Assembly: GCA_977017645.1 (NCBI GenBank)
Contig: OZ360246.1
Span: 27,280,001-27,344,000, forward strand
DNA: 64,000 nt
Direction of reading: 5' to 3'
From: Torpedo marmorata
Taxonomy: Eukaryota
Shown in pieces: positions 1 to 13,630 of the stretch. Numbering within the stretch: the first letter of the stretch is position 1; the number at the start of each line of letters is the position of its first letter. Made by a program: the position numbers and the translations under genes. The notes beneath the pieces were generated by a model, which did not search any database, was not told the origin of the DNA, and saw nothing but the letters and a program-made list of their open reading frames with translations.

Positions 1-1911
1 TCTTGCAAAGTTCAAGTGATCAAATTCATACCTTGTAACAGGTTGTTATATTTCAGATATACTGTATGTCGTTATGTCGATTGTGCATATGTATTTAGTT
101 GCCTGAATCAATTTTAGGGAGTAAATTTAAACACCAAAACATGACCAAAAAAAAAATCTACGGGCATTAAGATGGGCACTGTTAGGCTGATGCAAGTATA
201 ACAGTAGTCATATTCAGAAAATAAATCTGAAGGTGCCTTTCTGAAAGAGGACTGGGATAAGAACTCCTCAAGTAAAACAGGAAGGAAGCTATAACTAACA
301 GTACTTTACAACTATCCTGGTTTAGTCTTGGTATTTTGAGCTTGAGAATCAATTTCTTCTGTTACTATCTCAGTTTGAACGTTCTAAAGCTTTAAAAGTT
401 TGCCAGGTTTAAATCATTAGTGCCAGTTCGTTGTGAGATTACAGATGTTTGGGGGATAATTCAAGTTTGAAGTGTGCTTTATTTGCAGCTTCACATTTCT
501 TGGTTAGAGAGAATCTTTGACAATTTAATAAGATAGCTGAATGAAAAATCTTCTGATGATTGCATAAAACTAATTAAACTGTATGAACTTCCTTGTAAGT
601 ATTCATGACTGAAGCAAAACCTGAAATCTTCACAGTTATTTGAATAATCGTGACATATCGGCTGGTAAAATGATATCTCATTAATTTTTAATCTCTGACG
701 TTTAAGGACTGTAATTTTGATATTTACGTTTGTTGATTACTAGCTTGTGTGACAAGAATTGGTTTGATTTCAATTATGAGCAGAAAATGCTGAAAATAAT
801 AAACAGGGCAGGCAGCATTTGACCTTAGTATGTCCACCATGTTGTTTTTATTTTAGATTTATAGCATCTGCAGTATTTTGCTCTTGGGTCCTAATTTCCA
901 CTACGAGCATGTTCTGTTAGCCTTTCCCAATATGGTTGATGCAATATTTCAAGTAGCCTCAGGTTCATCATGCCGAGTGATTCATGGGCGTGGAGAGGTG
1001 GAAATCAGCCCTACTTTCTGCTCTATCCTACAACTCTGCATCAGGAGCTCTGATACACGAGCTGTTCAATATCCATCTGATACGCAATGTGAAGATTCCA
1101 AGGTCAAGAACGGCCACTTCCCTCAGACGCTGGAGGCTTGGCAACAACGATTGAATCATACCTTCTGCAAAGAGAAGAGTTTAAAATATTGGAAGAGAAA
1201 CCAAGGAAAAAAATGCAACTGGAAAGCAAAGTAGAATGGAAACAAACAAAAAAAGACTTCCATTGAAAAGCGAATGGCCCTTGAATGGCCATTCATTATA
1301 AACGAACAATTCTCCATTTTGTTTCATTTTGTTCTGCAACTTATTAAATTGCTGTTTGTTTTTTTTTTTTCCATCTGGTCTCTGTAGACGTTTGGGTCCT
1401 CTGGGAGAAGTTGGGCCCAATTTAAAGGCATCGGAATTGTATTTGGATAACTCACATTGCAAATGTGACCTCCTGCTCATTTACAGCAACATATTAATGC
1501 TTCATCAGAAAAGCATGCGAACTTTATAATCTGCTTGCAGGTGGAATGTTAATCGGATGGAAAGGTCACACTGCTGATTTCAAATTTAAAATATCTTGGT
1601 GTGATAATGACTCATGCTGTTTAGCAAAGTGCTGTAAATATCATTCACTTATTTGGTACCGGATTGCTAACTTATCATCATCACACATGTATAGAACCAT
1701 CACAAACTCACCTATAATTTCTCAATGTGATGATCCTGAGCCTATTTGAGAATCTGCCAACCACCATCCAGGTTGAGATTGGTTAACACAAGCCAGTGAC
1801 TGAATTTAGGAACCAAAAGCAAAATAATGCAGATGTTGGAAATCAGAAATGAAAATAGAAAATGATGGAAATACTGGGAATATTAAATACTGCCTGACTA
1901 TTTCCAGCTTT

Positions 1912-2074
1912 AATTTAAAGCTACAGCAGGGTACAGCGGCTCATGAGCCCGCGTTGTCCAAATACACCCAAGTGACCAATTAACCTAAACCCGTACGTCT
2001 TTGGAATGTGGGAGGAAACTGGAGCACCGGGAGGAAGCCCCCGCAGACATGGGGAAAATGTACAAACTCCTTAC
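1912..2074 (-). mobile_element. 5'-truncated tRNA-derived V-SINE (HE1-like)
   Basis: Reverse complement has the V-domain core (gtaaggagtttgtacattttcccc...ggtgctccagtttcctcccaca), shared with the copies at 4872, 8736 and 52668. Confidence 0.75.
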
Positions 2075-2492
2075 CTTTTGTAATAAAAATCAGGACCTTC
2101 CTTGACAGCGTGAATTGTGGCACTGCAGTCTAAACTTGCCAACAGAATCCTAAGGAATGCTTCATTTTTAACATTACACTCAAATCACATTTCATTCTAA
2201 TGCCTTTCTACCTTTTCCATGCATGTAATACACTGAGCAACATTTGATATTCACCAGTTTTTTTTGTGCATGTGGCTACACTGGATGCTGCATTTTGTTA
2301 TCAACAAACACGAACAAAGTTACAAACCTTGTAAATGAAGGACTAAGCCGGGCACTAAATTACTAAATACAGTGATTTGTTCCTATGTGGACTGCACCCA
2401 TTCACAAAAAGGCACAGTCAGACTCATCTGACTCTTTCATGCAAATGTTGTCATAATTGATGGGATTGGACGTTGTGTTTTTATCCAACTAG

Positions 2493-2626
2493 GCCGCCCA
2501 GGAAACATGGGCAACGTAAAGACCCTGGGAGACAACTATCAATTCACAGTGGACGTGAACGATTTCTCACCCGAAGACATTATTGTTACCACTTCCAACA
2601 ACCAGATTGAAGTCCATGCCGAGAAG
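2493..2626 (+). CDS. HSPB7: HSPB7 (small heat-shock protein beta-7), penultimate coding exon
   Basis: AG at 2491-2492 and GT at 2627. Translates (x)[44 protein letters not shown], matching the HSPB7 alpha-crystallin domain as I recall it (human [39 protein letters not shown]). Phase 1 to phase 0. Confidence 0.96.
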
Positions 2627-3451
2627 GTGAGGCGTTATTATTGAGCTCCTGATCTCTGTCACGTCCAAACTCAGTAAATAAGGAGAAAATAAAATCTACA
2701 TTGAGTTTCAGCTGGTTTGATTGTTACCACCTCCAGGATATACAGACTGCTATTCCAATGGTTCTTCCACCATTTTACTTAAGAGAGCCAAAGACACTTA
2801 ATTTAAGAACATCTGTACACCTCAGCTTCTGGCATCACACACACAGAATATAAGGCGTAAAGACCAACTCTCAAACATGCATTCCATAACTTTCTCAATT
2901 TACCTTAAAGCTTAAAAACTGTAAGAAAATAGATTGCTGTTCTCTGTCACAAGATTTCATATTCTGCTTCACACGTGGCTGTCATCATGAAAAGTGTCAG
3001 TGACACTTGCACTGCTGAGGGGTTAATCCTACGGTGAAAATGTGAGAGAGTGTAGTGTCACCCTCCATTTTCCACCCTCATCCCACCTTCCTCACCACCA
3101 TCACCTCACCATGACCTTTGAATCATGTTGGATTTTTAATCATCGCCCTCAGATTTGGAATTCGTTTTTAACGAGTATTTTTTCCCTTTACATCCCATTA
3201 TTAACTATAACCAGATGTGCTGCATCTCATCAGTTCTGAAAATAACTGGCTCTATCTCAGACTTGTGATCGCAGCAAAGTCAGGCTTGATGTCGGGAATG
3301 TATTCCGAGAATTATACATTCCAATTGCATTTGAAGCCATTTTCAGCTGGAGTTGTTTACTTTCCAAAAGTGCCAAATATTCAGAGGATCCTAGAATGAT
3401 AAGGCGCAGAAGGAGAGAATTTGGTTCAATGTGCCCGAGACTGCTCTTTGC

Positions 3452-3862
3452 AGAACAGAGAACATTACAGCACAGTACAGGCCCTTCAGCCCCACCATGT
3501 TGTGCCGACCTATGTGAACCTTCCAGAAGCACAAACAAGTTGGGCCGAAGGCTCTGTTCTTTCTCCGGCACAAGACCATAAAACATCTGTACAATGTGAG
3601 GGGAGGAAGGTTTAGGGGAGACATCAGTTGTAAGTTGTTCTTTTTTTTTTTTTACACAGAGAGTTGTGGCTGCCTGGAATGTGGTGGTGGTGGAGGCTGG
3701 AACATTCGGGGCATTTAAGAGACTCTTAGACAGGAACATGGATGAAAGAAAAATAGAGGGTTATGAGATAGGAAGGGTTTAGTTTTTTTTTGGTAGGAAT
3801 ATATGGATTGGCACAACATTGAGGGCTGAAGGGCCTGTACTGTGCTGCAGTGTTCTATGTTA
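3452..3862. mobile_element. Two CR1-type LINE 3' ends in opposite orientation
   Basis: The CR1-like tail ggcacaacat..gggctgaagggcctgtactgtgctg..tgttct is on - at ~3452-3511 and on + at ~3806-3862. The + copy is preceded by the ORF2 3' remnant (acacagagagttgtggctgcctggaat...). Confidence 0.75.
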
Positions 3863-4871
3863 AGTTACTCAATTAATCCCACACCTTCGTTTTCTCCTGT
3901 TTACCCTGACATTTCCCCTTCAAGTATATCTCTCCTGAAATTTCTGATTGAATCCACTACCATCGTTCTTTCAGCTAACACATTTCAGATCACAGCTCCA
4001 GCAATAAAAAAATGCCAATTGCAACAAAATACATCCAAAATTAAAATTTATTTCTTTGAACTTTTCTCCACATTTAACATGAAAAGATGGAAAACTCTGC
4101 CACTTTTATGCATCTGAACAGGGTTTCCCTTCTCTGTAAGTAAACTGAGGTTCCATCTGCCCCTCAGTAAAGCCCACACCACCCCCTCACCTTTCCCCAA
4201 TCCTACCCCTCAGCCCACTGAGCTACGCATTCTTGACATTCTGGTTCAGCTCACCACATTGATCCTTTCCTGCCAAAAAATTCCACTAAATACTCGCTGG
4301 TGGTGGCTGTTAAAACATAGACAGGAAAGCGGAAGAGCCATGAGTGGAAGAGGTAAGGTAGGGTAATGCGGACTGGTGGTCTGTAAGTACAGGTCACAGC
4401 TTGCAACTGAGAATGATGCCCATTGCCACCTACAATGGCACACACCTGGAAAAGTTCCCAACCAAAATTCCCTTATTTGGTCAGTTTGCTTCCTGTTTAT
4501 CTGTCACAGGACGATATTCCAGATGTTGGTTTCTGTATAGCACGTGTGCAACTATCGACAATTTCATTTATTCTTACTGTTATTTCTCCCCTCTCATTTT
4601 ATGCAATGATTTTATGAAGCCGCCCAATGATGCCTCATGATGTTTTACTTGATGCCTCTCCACTCCTGGCGATTTTGCACTCACAAGCCCATTGAGTGAG
4701 CCTTTTGTACCTTCAGCACATTATCCAATGCATTTCTTCAACTCTTCAGCAGGAGGAAGATATTGAAATCTCATCTAAAGCTTATTAAATCCCTCAAAGG
4801 AATTTATCACCATCAGCTCAGCTCAGCAATTGCTGCATCCAACTATTACTGAAAAAAAAATTTTATTAAAA

Positions 4872-5116
4872 AAAAATTTAGACATACAGCACGGTAACAG
4901 GTCATTTCAGCCCACGAGTCTGTGCTGCCCAATTTACACCCAATTAACCTACACCGGTACGTTTCGAACGGTGGGAGTAAACCGGAGCCCCTGGGGAAAA
5001 CCCACGCAGTCACGGGGAGAACGTACAAACTCCTTGCAGACAGCACGGGATTCGAACCCCGGTCCCGATCGCTGGCGCTGTAACAGCTGCTAACTGCTAC
5101 GCCAACCGTGCCGCCC
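4872..5116 (-). mobile_element. Full-length V-SINE (tRNA head, V core, LINE-derived tail)
   Basis: Reverse complement begins gggcggcacggttggcgtagc (A box), has a ggttcgaatcc B box and the V-domain, and ends tgtatgtctaaattt. Confidence 0.85.
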
Positions 5117-6491
5117 TAATCTTCGGTGATTTTATGTCAGCCAGGCTTTGTCAGATTAACTCAACCAACTTTGAGGAAACAATTTCTTCGTAAAGTCAGA
5201 TTTTTTTTCCACAGTTATATTTATTCCCAACTTAAAATTCTGGGCCTACCTTGCCCAGCCTGATGTATGATTTACCTTTAGTTTTGTAGTGTATAGAACA
5301 TCAGCTTTAACATTTTAAGAAACTGGTTACGATCCCTTAATCATTATTTCACACCTGAAAATAAAATCACCTCAATAGTTCAATAAAAACAATAAATACT
5401 GACCAGTGCTATAGTTAATCGACTTCAGGGAAAATAACATACAACCATATCTTGCCGTAACTTACATTAGATTCTAGTTCAGTTGTTTTTGTCCACACCT
5501 GAAGTGTACTAGCAAGCTGCTGATTTGTAGAAAAGAAATATTAGAAACACATTCATCACATTTTAAATGTTCATTTTTATAATGTGAATAATATCGGCAA
5601 GGCAACATTAATTGTGCAATTCCCAGGAGAAATTGAAAATAATTGAAATTCAGAGCCATTCTCAATTCACCCCCTAAGGGCCATTCATGAATTTGCTGGA
5701 TATTTTAATAATCCTGCATCTCCCAGAGTAATGTTTGAGTCTACTACATAGATAAACTTTCTTGAGCTGCCATAATGCAAATGTAAATTCATAAACACTG
5801 TGTTACTGATTCAGACCTATGGCCCCTGTGCCACTGTCTGCAAAGTATAAGGAACATGCAATTGATAAACTTTAACCAGTGTCCAACCTGTCTCAAAATA
5901 TAAAACAAAATAAAAATAACTAACTGACTCAAAGCAACACACAAAGTGCTGGAGGATCTCAGACAGCATCCATGGAAAGCAATAGTTGCAGAAAATTTTG
6001 TTTACCAGAATTACATTTTGGGCATGGAACATATGGAGTGTGCGCTGCCTACAACTTTCAAATTGTTATGATCAAAAAGCGGAAAAACAGGGTTGGACAA
6101 ATGTTCGTTCCAAAAATGCACTGCTTAGTGGATGTTTCCAGGGTCCTTAAGACAAAATATTCACCCTCCAACACACTGAATCCAAAAATGATCCTCCCTT
6201 TCCCACCCCCAAAATACCAGCGCTGGGTAGAGGTGGCATGTGCCTTTCATTTGACCCTGGAAACATTTCTATCTCAAGACAAAAACAATTAAAATGTTGA
6301 GAATCCTTGTTCCTTTAGATATTGTTCAATATCAGTGATAGTTTCTTCAAGATTGACACTTCTCACTCTCTCAGATCTGTAGCACGGCAAGTACACATGC
6401 CCTTGTCCAATTACGAAAGGAGTCCTTCGTTTTCCCCATGGTTAAAATTTATCACCTGTACAAATGCAAAGCAATTGTTTTTCAATTTCAG

Positions 6492-6677
6492 CTTGCTGCA
6501 GATGGAACTGTAATGAATACGTTCACACACAAGTGTCAGCTACCAGATGATGTGGACCCCACCTCTGTGACCTCTGCCTTGGGAGATGATGGGACGCTGA
6601 CCATTAAAGCAAAGAGGCATCCGGCCAAGCATACTGAGCATGTGCAACAGACTTTCAGAACTGAGATTAAGATCTAA
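6492..6677 (+). CDS. HSPB7: HSPB7 last coding exon
   Basis: ttcaatttcAG acceptor, then [64 protein letters not shown]. This is the characteristic HSPB7 C-terminus and is in frame with the previous exon. Confidence 0.97.
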   Translation, partial: LAADGTVMNTFTHKCQLPDDVDPTSVTSALGDDGTLTIKAKRHPAKHTEHVQQTFRTEIKI

Positions 6678-7224
6678 GCGGAGAGCACTGAGGCCGGCTT
6701 TATTGTAATGCTGAATGGTGTTTAGTAATGCCAGTAGTAGTGTATCAGTGTGTGCTGGTGTTTATCACTGCTTCCTGCCAATATATTATTGTAAAATATC
6801 ATCTCAACTCTTTTAAGCAAGGAAACATTGAGCAAAGCCTGTGAAACGGGATAATTGACACTTCAGCTCATTACTTAGTTACTTCATTTATATTACGCTT
6901 CCATTGCTAATCTCTGATTTGCAATATAGTGACAGCCACGTTTGAATGCTTTGTTCCACAACTGTGGCATAACTGATAAGTTCACTACATGCAGTGATAA
7001 TGGAGATAATGAATGTTCTGTGTGTGAATGGTCTTTTACTGTAAAATACAAAGATCAGTAACATAGGTAGCAACTCTTTTTAGTTGACATCTTAGGTCTA
7101 AATGTCCTGTTTATGTTATTTTGTATATAGATTTGCATCATTCATTATTTGACAAGAATTTAATTTCTGTGACTAAGACAGGTGTAAAAGCATGTGTACA
7201 TTGCTAACGATATTCCAAAGGAGG

Positions 7225-7460
7225 AACACAAAAGCTGCAGATGCAGAAACTTTGTGCAAACAATGAACTGCTAGAGGAGCTCAGTGGGTCAGGCAAACAA
7301 TAGACTACGGGAGGAACTACGTCCGAAATCTTGATGAAAGGTTCTATCCCGAAACGTTGACTGTTCTTTCTCTCCCACTGATCCTGCTCGACCCATTGAG
7401 TTCCTCCAGCTAATTGTGTTTAGCTTCAAGTTCCAGTGTCTGCAGCCTCCTGTGTCTCTC
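7225..7460. mobile_element. Penelope-like terminal-repeat (pLTR) remnant with inverted structure
   Basis: Inverted ends (gctgcagatgc.../...gtgtctgcagc; gctagaggagctcagtgggtc/gacccattgagttcctccagc). Contains ttgatgaaaggttctatcccgaaacgttgac. Confidence 0.65.
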
Positions 7461-7664
7461 GAGCTTCTGTTCCTCTCTGACAATGACAAAGTTAACTGAT
7501 AAACCCATAAATCCAGAACATTTGATGAAATGAGGTGCTGTGATGGATAAAAGAACACCAATTGACCTTGCCTCAGATGACCATGGATTAAACCGTCACT
7601 CCAAAGTTTTAGCATTAATGGAATTGAATTCAGACCCTCTTTATTCTTAAAACATACCCTCTTT

Positions 7665-8060
7665 TAAAAAAAAAATATTTTCTTTTTCATTTTCAGAAAT
7701 TTTCACAAAACCTTAATAAACCATCACGAAATATACACAAGTTTCAAATGTATCGAATACAGAATACATTACCCCCCTTAACCCTCCCTTCCCCATCAAA
7801 AAAGGAAAAAGAATAAAACCAAGACAAAAAGAAAAAGAAAAGAAAACTAAACGTACCGTCAGTGCTTTGTTCAAATATTTGGGGATGTCACACCCTTAAA
7901 ATAATTATACATTACATTATATCATACCTCAGGGGTTTGATTACAACTGAGCACCAATGTGCTCCAAGTACGGTTGCCACACTTTAACAAAGTTATCATA
8001 TTTATTTCTAAGACTATATGTAATTTTTTTCCATGGGGATACAGCTGTACATTTCCGTAG
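7665..8060 (-). mobile_element. L1-clade LINE 3' end fragment
   Basis: The - strand reads roughly MYSCIPMEK-ITYSLRNKYDNFVKVWQPYL (frameshift in an A run), homologous to the ORF2 C-terminus at 34045-34326, followed by a G-rich 3' UTR and A-rich tail. Confidence 0.8.
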
Positions 8061-8735
8061 ACCATCGAGTGATGAGAAGGGGGGAGTTGGACAGAGCAAC
8101 TTTTACAAATTGAATTTGGAATTTGAAAACATATCCTCTTAAAGAAAGTGAGAGGATCTGTAGGCATTGAGCCCCAAGTTTAATCTTCAGCTATCACCAC
8201 CACAAAAGCAGGTTACAGGTGGTTTATCTCACCTCTATGAGGGGGACCTCTGTGAGTAAATTAACAATGACAGTTCTTTACACCACAACAATGCCGACAT
8301 TTTAAATATAATAATTAATTAGCTGTGACATGCTTGAAGCATTAGAGGTTACAAAAAGTGTTTTTTAAATGCAACTTTGACTTTTTTTCTGTGCTCCCCT
8401 AACTTGTAGCAGCCAGTTTTATCTGGCTGATTAACAAGTATTAATTATTTCATAAGTTGTTAAGTACAAAAAAGCCTAAATTTATCGGTCATTCATGTGG
8501 TACTACTTGTTTTCTTTAAATTTCTATTCTCTTTATCTTGCCCATGCTATTCAGCAAGTATTAAGAACATTAACATTCTTCCTTCTCAATGTAAAGAGCA
8601 TAATTTCCATTCATTTTCCTCACACAAATCCTCTTTATAATCATCAAGTTTTATTAATTATGTTATTTTTTCTGGTGACAGCATCTCAGCACATCATTCA
8701 AAGTATTTAAATTTAAATTTTTATTAAAAAAAAAA

Positions 8736-8983
8736 AATTTAGACATACAGCACGATAACAGGCCATTTCGGCCCACGAGTCTGTGCTGCCCAATTTACAC
8801 CCCGTTAACCTACACCCCCGGTACATTTTGAACGGTGGGAGGAAACCGGAGCCCCCGGAGAAAACCCACGCAGACACAGGGAGAACGTACAAACTCCTTA
8901 CAGACAGTGCGGGATTTGAACCCCGGTCCCGATCGCTGGCGCTGTAAAGGCGTTGCGCTAACCGCTACGCCAACCGTGCCGCC
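8736..8983 (-). mobile_element. Full-length V-SINE
   Basis: Closely similar to 4872-5116, with intact A and B boxes on the reverse complement. Confidence 0.85.
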
Positions 8984-9160
8984 TTTCATTATTATACATC
9001 ATATTATCAAACATCAAGGGGAAATTTACTTCTAGCCACAACTATTAATACTTGTGGGTGTATTGCTAGTCAATTATACTCACAACTCAACACTCAGTTT
9101 TATTAACCTCAGTGGAACTGAATGTACAGAGGCAAATACAACTGGGGACCAATATTCTCA

Positions 9161-10086
9161 ATATTGTTACATATCTGCTCCCAAGATAAGGTCTTCCAGT
9201 CCAGATTATCTAAGATGTTCATCTTCGATTCCCCACCACCACCATCAACTCAGCCCTTACCTGCATCTCCTCCATTTTCCGCTCATCTGCCCTGGCCCCC
9301 TCTGCCCCGAGGCTGCAAAAACAGGATTCCTCTTGCCCTCACGTACCACCCCACCAGCTTCTGCATCCAACATATTATCCTCCACAATTTCTGTCACCTA
9401 CAACATGATCCTACACCAGACACATCTTCCCCTCTCCTCCCCTCTCCGCTTTCTGCAGGGACCACTCTCTCCATGACTCCCTCGACCACTCATCCCTCCC
9501 CACCAATTCCACCCCCCACCACCGGCACCTTCCCCTGTGGCCGCAGGAAGTGCCACATTTGCGCCCACACCCAATGGCCAACCACTTCAATTTTGCGCCC
9601 CACTCCCGCACTGACATGTCTGTCCATGGCCTCATGCACTGCCAAACCAAGGCCACTCGTAAATTGGAGGAGCAACACCTAATATTCCATCTGGGCACTC
9701 TCCAACTGGATGGCATTAACATCGACTTCTCTGGTTTCTGCTCGTCTACTCCCCGTTCTCCCTCTTCCTCATCCCTCTGTCTTCTTTCCTCCAGCTCTCT
9801 ACCCCCTTCCCTCTCCATTCGCAGAGTCATCCCTCCTCCCCCTGCTTGCTGGTGTTCCCTCCCTCCCTTATCCACCTATTACCTACTCCCTATGGGACTG
9901 TGCTCCTCCCCCTGCCCCTCCCGCCCCCTCCCCCCACCATTATGTTTGGCCACTTGCCTACGTTTTGCTCATACCTTGATGAAGGGCTCAAGTCCAAGAT
10001 GTTGGTCATGTATCTTTATCTTTGCTACATAATGTACACTGTTTGACTTGCTGAGTTTTTCCAGCATTGTGCTTTTACTTTTATAT
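9161..10086 (+). mobile_element. 5'-truncated, internally deleted Penelope-like retroelement (GIY-YIG region plus terminal repeat)
   Basis: Translations RIPLALTYHPT...ILHNFCHLQHDP and ANHFN..HS.TDMSVHGL..CQ..ATRKLEEQHLIFHLGTLQ.DGINIDFS are typical of PLE linker and GIY-YIG C-terminus. Flanked by an 11-bp direct repeat CAATATTCTCA (9150-9160 and 10087-10097). Confidence 0.85.
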
Positions 10087-10563
10087 CAATATTCTCACAC
10101 CTGCTGGTAAAGATTATTTTTCCCCATCTTTGGAACACCTCAGACCATTCTACTGGGCACTCCCTTGCATCAAAACACCAAGCCTTCTTCTGATTCAGTC
10201 CATTTGGAAAGGAATTCCATTTGTCCTTGCTGAGAATGCAATGAATTGTGATGAATTTTCTTGAAGACATGTCGTAATGTTACAAAGCCCACAGCCTTTC
10301 TGGGCCTTACACCCGAGACATTGATTATTAGTCAAGGTAAGGATCCTGTGAATCTGCAATTACCTCTCCTACACACACAATTAACTTGATCAAAGATGAC
10401 AGCAGAATTAAGCTGTACTTTCACTTCACGGCAGATTCTTCATCAGATTTACTAGTGCAAATGGTACCGTTTTCTGTGAACACCTTTGCTCTATTTTAGA
10501 CAGTGCTGTAAAGGGAAAGAGTCATCAATTCAATGTTAACACTTGCCTTCCTATTGAGAATGT

Positions 10564-10720
10564 TCAAGTCAAGTCAAGTTTATTGTCATCTGATTGTACA
10601 AGTACAACCCGACAAAACAGCGTTCTCCGGTCCTCGGTGCAAAACATGCAGACACACAACCAGACATAACTCACATACAGACACACAATACATATACAAT
10701 GCAAGAATGTTCTTGTTCAT
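10564..10720 (-). mobile_element. Short LINE 3' tail with (CAAGT)n end, Rex1-like
   Basis: tcaagtcaagtcaagtttattgtcat is the reverse complement of atgacaataaa plus a short tandem tail, the same terminal motif as the Rex1 copies. Confidence 0.55.
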
Positions 10721-12899
10721 CTTTAGCAAGGTCAGTCATGGATGTTGATATTAGACCTCACATGTACATGAGAAGATAATTAAACGTGATTGCCTCATAG
10801 AAGTATCAATCAATCAAAGTAACTTTGGATATTTGAGACTTAAACTGAATCTACATTCACACTTGCAAATATATTCAGTACAAATAGAACTTTTTATTAA
10901 AGAAATTCTGGAAATTTGAAGCCAATTTTTATTCCACTCTTAATATTTTATTCATTTATGATCAATGCAAGTGCTGGTGTTACTTTTACATAAATATATT
11001 TTCCTTCCTATTGTATCTAACAGAATTCTACTGTATTTGAGATTTAATAAATAGCACCTTTAATAAATGTCTTAAATTGTGGAATTTTAATTTTATTAAG
11101 TTTAGCCTTTGCTCATCTGGAGGAGATATACAGCAGCTCATTGCCAGACGCTATGAAGGTTGGTCACAGGCACTGACTTCCATTACTTGGGAATACTGCA
11201 TATTGTCCCTTTCTTTGAACTCCTTGTGCTCCTGCATGTCTAAGTTGAAGTTGCAGCGATAGCTGGTAGCAGTCACAAAGAGGTAACATTAGTGTCAGAG
11301 GGAAGGGAAGTCCATAGAAAGGAGAGTGATAGGATCTCAAAGCAGAGCCAACAAAAGGGAAGGGCAATAATTTAAGTTGTATTTTGTCATTACCATCGTG
11401 TATCGCTGCACGGTCACATACGACAGGAGTGCTGAGGACCACCACACCGCTTCAAACTTTTGATCGACTTCTCAATGCTTCCACTTCTTCCCATTTCTTT
11501 TCTAATGCATACCACAATACTCCCATCACACATCCTTGCCCTTTCATAGACTCCACTCCAGAAAGGATGTTGTTAACTTCACTGAAATTGCCACAATTCC
11601 TATTTTGGTTTGCTTCAGAACCTATTAAGTGTTTAGCAGGAACCGTGGCTTCAGGGCATCACTGGACCTCTGATTCAAATAATCCTCCTATTCCCTGGCA
11701 AGGCTTATAGGTATGAATCTATTTAAATACACATCTCTATTTAAGGTTGTTCTTTGGTGTCTGACAATTTTATGGGTAGTCTGATGAACCAATGGCTAGG
11801 CAATGTGTTGGGATGGAGGCTAGACTATGTACAGTGCTCTCACCACATGGAGAAGGTCTATTTTTCATCCCTGAGTCAGCCCCAGCAAACATCAAATCCT
11901 GTCCAAGGCTTTCATCAGACCATTTTGCTCGAACACTGAAGCCAGATCTTCATGGCAGGCTGTCTGAAAATTGTTGAACAAGCAAGCTAATTTCTGGCTG
12001 CACCTGGACCTCCAACTGCACTTGCCTCTCTCTGACCCTCCCAATGGCAGCCGCACCAACCAATCGTTCAGTCTCACGTTATCCACTCAGCAAAGCAAAT
12101 ATGGTTGGCAGAGCATCCGGCAGGTCTCAGTGGCTGAAGTCACTGTCACAATTGGCAAAACGTTAAACTACACAGAACCGAAACCCACAGCACGGGACTC
12201 TACGTCACTCATTCAGCCAGGTTAGCAGTTTTGTTCCCTAATTAACCACAGACCTAGATGAAGAAATATCAACTAGCCCTTGGTCCTGTCACTGTGATGC
12301 TGCCTATAGTAAAAAAAGCTAGCCAGTATGCCTGCTTGAGCAGAAACATGAAGAAGGAGGAACGACAGCTAACTGCTGTGGCCCAGAAAGCAGCTGCAAT
12401 CCATCTGCTATTTCCTCTAAATCCTCATTTAGTCCAGTGGCTGGCAATAACTGAGGAAATGCAGCAATTTCGAAAGAGTAAATCAGCAAAAGAAAATGCG
12501 AGTCAGGAAAATAAATGTCCTAAGCAAAGTAAAAACAGAAGAAAACAATTAAAGTCTAGTGTGAAAGATTGAAAATAAGGATAAATAGTGTCTAGGGCTA
12601 CAATACCCCATTAACAAGTAAAAAAAAAGTACTCAATAATAAATGGGCTTAAACAATAAAAACAGAGAAAGGAGGTGTTAAAAAGGAATTTTAAAAGTCT
12701 AGAATAATTTGAGAAAGGGAGGATATAATGAAAGGATATACAATGTTTTACAGACACAATTTAACAGAGAAGAAAAATCAAGGTAAGGGAGGATAATTAA
12801 GGATAAACACAAAGTTAATGACAACAAAGCAGCAGAAATATTTAATAATAATGTTCCCTCAGCATTGCCAGGGAAACAAGCATGGCAGACACATCGTTA

Positions 12900-13340
12900 G
12901 AGGGTGCAATCAGTAAAGATAAAACAAAAATCAAGATAAAAAGTGCAGATACAAACTATTCAAATTTGGAGGAGAAAACCCTTGAACCTGTGAAATCCAC
13001 CTGCATTTATAAAAAATTAGAGCAGGGAAGCAGAAGCAATAATTATACTTGGAAAGGAGGATTAGTGAGCATTTAATGTGGCTCCAAAAAAGAGAGAAAT
13101 AATTCAGGAACTAGAGACCAATTAGCTTAACATACTGTAGATGGTAAGAAAAATTTTGAGATCCTGAATCAAAGGCGTAATGGCAAAATATCAACAAACC
13201 AAAGTTATCAGAACAGACTTTAAAAAAGATAATTCTTTGACCAAATTTCTTTAAATCTTTGAAGAAGGGACCGAACGGAAAGTTATTGGAAGCATAATTG
13301 TTGGAGTAAACTCAGCTTCAATTCGAAGTAAACATCTTTA
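12900..13340 (+). mobile_element. Highly decayed CR1-like RT fragment
   Basis: ggaactagagaccaattagcttaaca resembles the GNYRPISLT motif. Many indels. Confidence 0.4.
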
Positions 13341-13454
13341 AAAAGCAAGATATGAGAGCAGAGAAAGGCACTTGAAAAGAATGAGAGGGAATAGGAAAGA
13401 AATTGAAATATTGAATCAACAGGAGAAAGAGATGCCAGAGATATGGCAGCTCTG

Positions 13455-13630
13455 CCATCAGATTCCTGAATGAACAATGAACCATACACACTACCTTACT
13501 TTGTCTTTTTCTTGCACTATTTTTATTTATTTTATAATGTGGTTTATGTGAATGTTTGCACTGTGATGCTGCTGCAAAACAATGAATTTCGTGACATGTT
13601 CATGACAATAAATTCTGATTCTGGTTCTGA
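13455..13630 (+). mobile_element. Rex1/Babar LINE 3' end
   Basis: gccatcagattcctgaatgaacaatga...catgacaataaattctgattctg, the same end as the copy at 27560-28162. Confidence 0.8.

Noticed and set aside
1-2490. HSPB7 exon 1 (Ser-rich N-terminus)
   Set aside because: No matching frame found; probably upstream of the window. The 118-aa ORF at 878-1234 shows no similarity to it.
6678-7720. HSPB7 polyadenylation site
   Set aside because: The first clear AATAAA (~7715) lies in an antisense L1 remnant, so the true 3' end cannot be called from sequence.
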